The notes below the pieces were generated by a model, which had not been told where the DNA came from, did not search any database, and worked only from the letters and a program-made list of their open reading frames with translations. Positions 54,522 to 64,000 of a stretch of 64,000 nt of DNA are shown here, piece by piece; positions within the stretch are counted from its first letter, which is position 1; the number at the start of each line of letters is the position of its first letter. The DNA lies in NCBI GenBank assembly GCA_030390025.1, contig CM059432.1, forward strand, positions 105,216,001 to 105,280,000. The letters are read 5' to 3'. Source of the DNA: Squalus acanthias (Eukaryota). A program made the position numbers and the translations under genes.

Positions 54522-55610
54522 TCATTCAGGGGAACCGGAGTCTGATGATGCGCTTACGGAGAGCCCATCCAGAATGTGGAAGTGCAGGCTGCCTCCTCCC
54601 TTCCTCCTCCTCCTCTTCTTCTTCTTCTTCCTGAGGCGGTCGTGGACCTGTGTTGGCAAGGGCTGTGCCCTCAAGATGGCCAAGTTGTGGAGGATGCAGC
54701 AGACCACCACGAATTGGGACACTTACTCCTGCAAGTACTGGAGGGCTCCTCCTGAACGCTCAAGGCAGCAGAACTGTTGTTATACAAGTGCAGGCCACGA
54801 ATGGTGGGGTTGGGGATGGGAGTCAGCCAGGTGTGGAGTGGATAGCCCTGGTCACCTAGCAGTCACTCTGGGGTTCGATGTGGTGGCTGTTAGATTGCTG
54901 GCACAGTGGACTAGCGCAGGATGAAGGAATCACGACTGCTGCCAGGATATCTGGCATTTACCATCATCTTGCATGTTGTGCTGGGCGTGGTCGCACACCA
55001 ACTGCATATTGAGTGGTACCTTTGCGGTTACGGAACACCTCACCATTGAGATGCAGCACCTGCAAAGCCACGCTTGTGCAGTCTATGGCATCCTGCACCA
55101 TGGGGAAGCCTGACAGCCAGGCAAAGCCACATGCACACTCCTCTGTTTTTTTTCTGATTAGAGAGAAGATTATGAAGTCCGCTCTCCTACCGTACAGAGC
55201 CTCTGCAACCACCCATATGCAGTGATGTACGTCGAACTACGACATGTTTGCCATGTCCCCTATTCCAGCCTGGAAGGATTGGCTGGCAAAAACATTAAAG
55301 GCCACAGTCACCTTGAGGGCTACTGGCAGAGCTGTCGTCACCCTGCTCTGAGGCTGCAGGTCTGGTTCCAAGTGGTGGCAGAGTTCTGTGACCACCTCCT
55401 TGGTGAAGCGGAGCCACCGAATACACTGCTCCTGGCTTAGGTGTAGGTATGAGAAATGCTCCCTGAAGATACTAGGTGGGTAAGGCCTTCTGCGGAGAGC
55501 ACTCCTACCCCTCCTCTGTGAGAAGCTTATCCTCTTCTTTGCTGCCTCTGCTCCATCTCCCAGTCATGTTGCACCACAAGGGGAACTGCAACTAGAGCAC
55601 CCCCGTGACT
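54522..55610 (-). pseudogene. Harbinger DDE transposase (HARBI1-like), degenerate
   Basis: GFAWLSGFPMVQDAIDCTSVAL..FRNRKG (ORF 54964-55212); SQFVVVCCILHNLAI (ORF 54522-54722). Confidence 0.92.
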
Positions 55611-56125
55611 GGGAGTAAGTGGTGTAATCAGAATCCTTCTAGTCGCAGCCAATGCCTTCCCAACGTCCAGCAGCACTCCCTGTACTAAACGACTGTTTAA
55701 ATGTCTTCCAGCAACCCAGTACTCCTACAAACTCTGCAAGAGCCAGTGCAAAAGCAATAATCAAACTTACCTGCAAGTTAGATGTATCCCTTTAAGTAGC
55801 GCTGGTGGGGGTAGGAAGGGGGGTGGTGGGTAGGAAGTGGGGTGGGGAAGAGGGGGCGGCGGGGTCCCTCATGCAGATGAACACATGTTTGGCTGTGCGT
55901 GTTTAGGAGAGGGCGTTGAATAGAGTGGTGACATTGAAAATATGGCAGGTCGTGCGTCAAGTCATAATCTGCCTACTCTGCATACTGCCGGCGCACGCAC
56001 GTACCGCATGCGCTTTCGCCCTCAAGATGGCGAACAGCGCAGGCCCGCCTGAAGTGCGCAGAAGTGAGGCAGACAGCACTTATTCACCCTAACTACTGGT
56101 GCCAAGGTGGCGAATTTCACAGCCC

Positions 56126-56535
56126 ACTCCCTCCACCACCGACGCATATGCAGTGATGTACGTCGAACTACAAGATGTTTGCCATGTCCCCTGCATCCTG
56201 CAGTGTGTACCATCTGCAGGATGCATTGTAGCAACTCGCCAAGGCTTCTTCGGCAGCACCTCCCAAACCTGTGACCTCCAACACCTAGAAGGACAAAGGC
56301 AGTAGGTGCATCAACTCCAAGTTCCCCTACAAATTACACACCATCTTGACTTGGACATCTTGCCGCTCCTTCATAGACACTGGGTCAAAATCCTGGAACT
56401 CCCTACCCAACAGCACTGTGGAAGCACCTTCACCACACTGACTACAGAGGTTCAACACCACCTTCAAGGGCAACTAGGGATGGGCAATAAATGCTGGCCT
56501 TGCTAGTGACGCCCAGATCTAAAGAATGAATTTTT
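56126..56535 (+). mobile_element. Second-family LINE 3' end
   Basis: CACTCCCTCCACCACC..GGGCAACTAGGGATGGGCAATAAATGCTGGCCTTGC tail; reverse complement of 9105-9440. Confidence 0.8.
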
Positions 56536-57165
56536 GGATAAGTGATTGCCTTGCACACAGAGACACGTAAAGAGAACAAAAGGTCCCAAATTTCAAATCT
56601 CCATTTAGAATATCCAGAGAAAGGCATTATTAGTATCTAAAAATTATTCAATGTCCCTATATTCTGGCTATTTTATTAATCGCTTACTTGATATTAATTT
56701 AAAATTATACCCCACACAAATTGACCCAAATGTCTCAGGCACACAGCAGACAAACCCATTAACTAGATTTCATGAAAGGAGCCTTGCAGGTATCAGTGCA
56801 ATGGAACTTGTCCATCATTTCAAAGTGGCATGGTGAAAAGGAAAAAAAGTCAGTACATTATTGAACACCTTCGTTTGAAAGAGTACAAGGTCCAAGTATC
56901 ACCATTGTCAAGCCAAATAAGTAGGGGTAATCAGTTACTAGTCTTCTGCTTGAAGTTTAAAAAGCTGGACACAAGCTAGCTCCCAAGCAAATGGACTGGA
57001 AGGTAGCAAACATAACCCTGCTGTTCAAAAAAGGAAGAGAGAAAACAAGGAACTATAGGCCAGTTAGCCCGACATCAGTCGTAGGGAAAATGCTAGAATC
57101 TATTGTTAGGGACAACACTGCACTTAGAAAATCATATGATTGGGCAGAGTCAACACGGATTTATA

Positions 57166-57996
57166 GGGGGGAATTTTGCCGGTGCTCAGGGGGCGGGACC
57201 GGTGGCAAAATTGCAAAGATTGACAGCGGGTTCCGAACCCGCTGTCAAACCGCCTCCAAACAATCTTCCCGGGTGTCGGGTCCCCGATTTGAGCTTGGAC
57301 CCGACACCTAGCGGTGGGAAGAGGATTATAGGCACTTAACTGCTTGTTAACAGGCAGTTAAGGGGCTTTTTCCAATTTTGACAGGTCTACTGCGGGCTTC
57401 CCGACGTCCGGACACCATGCCAGGGTAAGTGTGGCGTGCTGTGGGTCTACTGTAATGTTTCTTCATTGATGACAGCTGCAGAAGTGGTGTGAAGGATCCA
57501 ATGGTACACTGGTGAGTTTCAGAGGTAAGAAAATGTTGGGTAAATCAATTTTAAATGTATTAGACTTTTCTGTAGCTAACAAGTTTTGAAGTGTTCGTGT
57601 AGTCCCACCTCAATGGGAGAACCTCTCACCAGTGACAGATCGCTTCTGTAACCTCACCTGCAGCTGCCATCTGTTCTAGCCTAAGGAGGGAGTCACTGGA
57701 GAACCTGGGTGCAAGGGCTCACCTTTGTACAGTGATTGTCAGTGTTTGCAGCACCACAATGCTGTCAAACACTGAAAAATCAGCTGTCAAAAAAAATTAT
57801 GCGTGGTCCCTTTAAGAAAACCAGCAGATGACATGTCATCAACTGACGTCATCTGACACCGGCTTTCTCTTAATTGGCGGGCTTAACAAAGCCAATTGAC
57901 GCAAAATAGCGTCGGACGTCGTTGGGGGCGGGATTGGAACCCGGAAGGCAATTGTCCTCCTCCCAAGCTGCATCGAAAAGGTAAAAATCTAGCCCC
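57166..57996. mobile_element. Non-autonomous Harbinger derivative (sibling of 11936-13264)
   Basis: GGGGGGAATTTTGCC..AAAATCTAGCCCC; collinear with the 11936 copy; no clean TSD (about 10 host bases missing). Confidence 0.85.
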
Positions 57997-58641
57997 GAGT
58001 GTTTAACAAATCTGTTGGAGTTTTTTGAGGTTGTAACAAGCAGCGTAGGCAAGGGGGAACCAGTGGATGTAGTGTTTGGATTTTCAGAAAGCATTTGATA
58101 AAGTGCCAAACAAGAGGTTATTACACAACATTAAAGCTCATGGGATGGGGGTAATATATTAGCATGGATTGAGGATTGCTTAAGGGACAGAAAACAGTAG
58201 GAATAAAACAGGTAATTTTCGGGTTGGCAGGCTGTAACTAGTGGGGTACCGCAAGGATCAGTGCTTGGGCCTCAGCTATTTGTAATCTATATCAATGTCT
58301 TAGATGAGGGAACAGAGTCTAATGTATCCAAGTTTGCTGACAATACAAAGTTAGGTGAGAAAGTAAGCATCAAGGAGGACGTCAAGATGCTGCAAAGGGA
58401 TATAGACAGGTAAAATAAGTGGGTAAGAACATGGCAGATGGAATATAATGTGGAGAAGTATGAAGTTATCCACTTGGCAGGAAAAATAGAAAAGCAGAAT
58501 ATTTTTTAAAAGGCGAGAGACTGGAAAATGTTGGTATTCAGAGGGACCTGGGTGTCCTTGTACACAAATCACAGCAAGCAACTAGGAAAGCAAGTGGTAT
58601 GCTAGCCTTTATTACAAAGGGATTGGAGTACAAGAGTAAAG

Positions 58642-59273
58642 GGGGGAAAAATTCGGTATTGACCATTTTGGGGCGCTAACATCACCTGGGCGTTAACGTT
58701 TTAGCACCCCAAGAGGGAAGTGGAGTGCTATCAAGCGTTCCACTTCCTTCTTAGTGCGCTAACTTCAGAGAGCAGGGCGGAGACTTCAGCAGCGCTACAC
58801 ACTGGGGCGTGCAGCGCTGCCGCATTCAAAGGTTCCTTCCCTCCCTTAAAAAGGGAAGGGCCATTGCTGCAATTTAAAAAGTACCTACCTGGACCACCAA
58901 GGCAGCCACAATCCTGCAGAGTGTCGGGCTGATCGATCGTAGGCAGAAATCCACGAAAAAAAACTAGAACAGGATAGGCAAGTTTTTTTTATTTACTTAC
59001 CTTGGCCACCTCGCCTTTAATCATCGCCCCCGAAGCGGCTGGCCTCTGATGCACGCCTCCTGCAGCCGGTGTTTTTGACTGGCGCTGCTGCAGTGGGCGG
59101 AAGTCAATTTCAGGTCCGGGGTGCTACCAGCGCGATGTGCACAGCGATGACGTCATGATCTCCGGGCGAAGGAGATCGGGGCGCAACGTTGTAGTGCCGC
59201 TGCAAAACTCCCACCGAATATGGCGGGAGCCGATGTCAGTGCAAAGGTCGCAAAGGCACCCAATTTCACCCTC
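58642..59273. mobile_element. CpG-rich Harbinger-type MITE
   Basis: GGGGGAAAAATTCGG / CCCAATTTCACCCTC imperfect TIRs; probable TSD AAG; CR1 host AGTAAAG|AAGTC restored on removal. Confidence 0.75.
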
Positions 59274-60139
59274 AAGAAGTCTCACTACTACAATTATATA
59301 GGGCCTTGGTGAGACCACACCTGGAGTACTGTGTACAGTTTTGCTCTCCTTACCCATGGAAGGATAATACTTGCCTTAGAGGGAGTGCAATGAAGGTTCA
59401 CTAGACTGATTCCTGGGATGAGGGGATTGTCCTATGAGGAGAGATTGAGTAGACTAGGCCTATATTCCCTAGAGTTTAGAAGAATGGCGATGTGATCTCA
59501 TTGAATCATAACATTCTTAAGGAGTTTGACAGGGTAGATGCTGGGAGGATGTTTCTCCTGGCTGGGGAGTCTAGAACTAGGGGTCAGAATGACTGAAATG
59601 AGGAGAAATTTCTTCACTCAAAAGGGTTGTGAATCTTTGGAATTCTCTACCCGAGAGCTGTGGATGCTTAGTTGTTGAGTAGGAATCAAGGGATATGGGG
59701 ATAGTGCAGGAAGGTGGAGTTGAGGTAGACGATCATCCATGAAGCAGGCATGAAGGGCCAAATGGCCTACTCCGGCTCTTATTTCTTGTTATGTTCAAAT
59801 GTTACCATCTTTCAAAGGCAAATTTTCCAAATTTTGTCTCCCGTCATACACCATGAGTCAACAAGGATGCCATGCCCCTTTCATGCCACCCTCTCCTTGC
59901 CTGTGGAAAGTAAGTTGATCATTTCAGATAATTATCCAAAATAGTTTGAAGGTATTCAGAGACCTTTCAGACACCCAATACATACACACACTACTTCCGT
60001 AGTCCTCTTACATGATCAATTGATTTATAGTCTAGTTTGCTGTCCTCCTCCCTTGAAAGGTGCTGTGGTACAATCCCAAGCACACCAGCAGTCCTCCAGC
60101 ACTTATCCCAAGTTGCAAGTCTAGACAATAAATGTCGGC

Positions 60140-60874
60140 AAAATAGGACAGTTGATTGGAATCTATGTAATTAAAAAATTGTTTTCTTGTCCTTGATCCC
60201 AATGGCACTTATTCTCTCAATTACAAGAAAACTTCAAAAGCACCCAGATCAAGGAAATAATATTCAAGTTGGCAAAATATTTGTCTTGAACTATCATACA
60301 ATGTTTCCTGCACCTGAGGAATATGTTTAATTGGCAACCTTTAAAGGAGTATATCTGAACCAAAGACAAAAAGACTCTGCATTATGCAGATAGCTAAAAG
60401 GTCCTGTGCATTAATAGCCACATCCACAACCACAATAGGACCATACCCTAGGCTTAGTCCAGACAAGGCAGATTGTATGGGTGGTTAGAAGATATATTTC
60501 TGATGCACAGAAGCTAGAAAAAAAAAAGCGATCAACTACTCCAGTGGGCCCTCTACACAAACTATTATAGGCAATGCAGAAATTCTCAAAATATCTTATG
60601 ATTAAGATTATTAGTCTTCTATTATGCTTGCTGGATACAGTCTTTCATTGATATAATAACCAGCATCTGGTTGGCATCACCCTTGGAAGATCCAGAATAT
60701 GAATGGGAAGAGAAGGAAGTGATCCAGAAGTCACTACCTCAGCCAACCTGAATATTATTTCCTTAATCTGGCTGCTTTTGAAGTTTTCTTGTAATTGAGA
60801 GAATAAATGCCATTGCGATCAAGGGCAGGAACTTTTTTTTAAATTCCATAGATTCCAATCCACTGTCATATTTT
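60140..60874. repeat. Inverted duplication, arms 60140-60273 and 60742-60874
   Basis: For example TTATTCTCTCAATTACAAGAAAACTTCAAAAGCA versus its exact reverse complement at ~60773-60806. Confidence 0.9.
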
Positions 60875-60986
60875 CTCCTCAGTGGAAGGTACAAAGATTT
60901 GTGCAGCCCAAAGATGGGCATGTAAATTTAAAACTTTACTAACTTGGAGTTCTACAGAAATCACTGATGCTAATGATAAAGAAAAT

Positions 60987-61612
60987 GGGCCAGAATCTAA
61001 GCTGCCTTCTGAAAGGCCCCACAAGTTCTGGTTTCCATATGTGCTGCGCCTGGGCGAAAATCCAGAACTTGCGATGTCAAGGTACGCCTTGGCAGAGCAT
61101 ACGAACCGACTGGAAATCGCTGGTGCAGAGTTGGGCTATTTGCACAACCACTTAAATTAGTTTATGCAAATATTGGCCCAGATTAAAATGTTTAATTATT
61201 TGGTGTAATGAAGGGACTTAATTAAATTTGAAAAATCGGAACATTTATATTTATTAGAGTGGTCAAAATTGTTTAATTATTTAGGGATTCCATTGCATGT
61301 CATTAGAAGATTCAGTTCGGAAATGACTGCAATGGAATCCTCCTTTCTCGTTGGAGGACCTGGCCCACGTGATCCCAGGGACACGTCCGAAAATTGTTTT
61401 GAAAACATTTAATACATAACATTTCTAGACTCTGGACACATATAGCATTCACTGCTGCGTGATCTGGGATCCGTGGGCCTTTATGCAGGCGTACGCATGC
61501 AGGCTCAGGACCCGATCTCTCTGTAGCTGTGGAGCTACGAGGTAAGTTCGTAGATGTTTTGCGGGCTGGAGGCATACTCCGGAGGTACGCCGCCGACCGC
61601 AAATTCAGGGCA
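60987..61612 (+). mobile_element. Harbinger/PHIS-type MITE, AT-core group (older)
   Basis: AAT|GGGCCAGAAT..GCAAATTCAGGGCA|AAT; shares GGCCCACGTGATCCCAGGG and GAGGTAAG with 1934 and 26349. Confidence 0.75.
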
Positions 61613-62417
61613 AATAAAATGCGTGAAAAGATTAGAAAATTTGCACAAATGAACACGAAGTACATAGATTACAAGGGAATAAATTATCTTGTGCTTCAGA
61701 AATTAAAGTGTGAAGCACACGACTTTCTGAAATAAAGTGTACATTTTGTGTAGCATAAAAGCTAAGGGTTCTTAATTGAAGGAAATGGAAGAACTAAAAG
61801 TAGGTGGATGCTCATACTACATAGTCTATATATCAGGGCAAGTTGATCAATGGATGCAATGGTCCCTTTGATGACAGGTAAAACAGTTACAGAATTCTCA
61901 ACAGGCAGTGAATCATTTGCAGTTTGCTATGTGTAAATGCAATTAGCAGCAGCTGCTACAGATCATTACTTAATTCCCAAATTGTATTAAGTTCACTCTG
62001 AATGGCAAAGAACAAAAGAGAGAAAGGCATTTCAGAAGTAATTTTAGTAAAAAGCAAGTCACAGCTCATGCAAAATTACTCTCCTTGAAACTCAGCATGA
62101 AATGACAGCAAGTTAAGTAGGTTATTTATTAAAAAAAAACAACTAGAAAAGGCTGCAATTACCTTCATTTGTTATGCCATACAACAGGAAAAAAACAATG
62201 GGGATGGGGGAGGAGAAATTAAGAAAGAGACATCACAGCTTTTATGGTATTGGGCTAGCATCCCAGAAGTTACAAGACCAAATCTCACCATAATTTATTC
62301 CCTTGTAATCTATGCACTTAGTGTTCAATTGTGCGAATTTTCTAATTTTTCACACATTTTATTTGCCCTGAATTTGCGGTCGGCGGCGTATGCCTCCGAC
62401 CCGCGAAACATCTACGA
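61548..62417. repeat. Inverted duplication, arms 61548-61687 and 62290-62417
   Basis: The second arm is the reverse complement of the MITE right end plus ~75 bp of its unique flank. Confidence 0.92.
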
Positions 62418-62670
62418 GTGAAACTGAATTCAATAAACCTGGTAACTTGTTATTTGGCACCAGAAATGGCCATGAAGGCTGCTGAAATGTCAAAAACCCC
62501 AACTGGTTTGCCAAAGTCCTTCAGGGAAGGGAACCTGCTACCCCTACCGGGTCTGACCTTTGAGACTCTAGACCCACACTACGTAGTTGACTGTTGATAC
62601 CTTCAGGGCAACCAGGAATGGTAATTAATATTGGTTTGCTAGTGTTGCCCACATCCCAAGAACAAATTAC
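62244..62670 (+). mobile_element. SINE with tRNA-like head and second-family LINE tail (interrupted at 62290-62417)
   Basis: Head resembles the reverse complement of 15085-15210; tail 62600-62668 matches 56461-56533. Confidence 0.65.
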
Positions 62671-64000
62671 AAATAAAATCAGACCCTTCAGGAGCCACAA
62701 GGCAGAACCAAACTGCCTTTCTGTATCTATCCAGATGTCCATCCTTTGTTCTACGAAAGGCACCAAAAACCTAGCACCATAAAGAATAATAAAACACAGA
62801 AATATCAATTAATTGGAGCCCGTTTCAAGCATGAGGCTCCAATCATGTGGTACTAAGTTGCACAAACTAACAGCAACAGCAAGAGAAAGGCAAAATGTGT
62901 CATCATGGTTGATACCCTTCCAGATTTCAGCCAAGGGCAGGTTTTGCAAAAAGCTGCTTTTACAGATATGCCCACTTTACCATTCCAAGGAAGTGTTTTT
63001 TAAAAAAAATGAAGTATTGTACAGAATAGGTTGACCAATGTAGTGTGCGACTTTGCTAAAGAGCAATGCAGAATTACATCCTAGATGTTAATCAGTGCAG
63101 ACCTGAAGTGTATTTGTAAAGTATTTATTTTCCAGCAACATGCTTCATCTTGAACTATACAATATTTGACAGGTAAAAATCATTGTTAAAAAATCCAAAT
63201 CGAATCTACAACATTGTAACGATGTTGAATAAAGTAAATTATTTCTCAACAATGCATAGTACGTCATAATCAGAACACTGCCTTGAATAGAGTACTTAGT
63301 CACCTATACATTGCTTGAAAACTATACAGCTTTTTCTATTTGACTTCTGGAATATTTTTGTTCAAAGTGAATGAATCAAGGGAATAGACTTGGGAGGAAT
63401 TACTGAACTTAATAATGTGCAGGAGTCTTCAAGGACAAAAAAAAGGAGGTTTCTGTCTAGTTATACAATACACCTTTCCTTCTTCTAAGGGAAGTGTACA
63501 TCAAGATCATCCAGTCTTTAGCAGAAAGCTTCTGGATGATTAATGTTCTACATAACGGCCTTCATTTCAAGCATAGCATGACTAGTTGTACATTTTGGCA
63601 GTGAAAGAAATGAAGGTTCTTTGCCATCTTCACTGAAGCAGCATCTCTAATTCAGTATTGTATCACATAATAATGAGATCACAGATGAAGTGGTTGCCAC
63701 TCGGGAGTCACCATTCTAAGCTGCCTCTTTATATAAATCATGCCCAAATATCCCCATGGGCTACATCAATTTAAAACATCAAGAAACATGCAAAAAATTC
63801 AGCCATTAGTTATTCTCAGAGTGGAGCAATTTCCCTTTAGGGTAGCAGAAACCTAGTAATGATTAAAAACATTAATCTTCTCAGCTGTGAGGCCAAAGGG
63901 GGTGTAAATGGACTCCATAAATGATCCAAAGTTATATCATTCTTGGTTTTGGTTAACTGCTTTGGATAACCACTTTTGAAAAGTTGTTAGAGAAAAAGTG

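Larger units (their letters stand above)
49948..56125. mobile_element. Decayed autonomous-type PIF/Harbinger transposon 2 (opposite orientation), split by CR1
   Basis: Myb/SANT gene on +, transposase on -, convergent; right end GAATTTCACAGCCC; left terminus not resolved. Confidence 0.85.
56990..59795 (+). mobile_element. CR1 RT-to-3' fragment interrupted by two DNA elements
   Basis: DWKVANITLLFKKG..NYRPVS; continues at 57997-58641 and 59274-59795. Confidence 0.9.

Overview
Vertebrate genomic DNA, most likely shark/elasmobranch (it carries an HE1-type V-SINE and HER1/CR1-type LINEs). The only host coding sequence I can support is one 141-nt internal exon of SAMD12 on the minus strand (42226-42366), so most or all of the window is probably SAMD12 intron. 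The rest is densely nested mobile DNA: many CR1 fragments, a second CR1-like LINE family with a partner SINE, L2, a Vingi/Ingi-like LINE, Penelope-type repeats with minimal hammerhead ribozyme motifs, two solo LTRs, two decayed two-gene PIF/Harbinger transposons (transposase plus spliced Myb/SANT gene) and about a dozen non-autonomous derivatives/MITEs with 3-bp TSDs. Almost all ORFs in the track are TE fragments or chance ORFs. The least routine signals are three locally templated duplications within 7 kb (55.2-62.4 kb), a MITE group carrying promoter motifs plus several consensus splice donors, hammerhead motifs, and a possible intronic read-through/polyA isoform of SAMD12. I found no convincing intact novel protein-coding system. 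Family names come from motif recognition by eye, not database searches, and TE edges without a quoted TSD are approximate.
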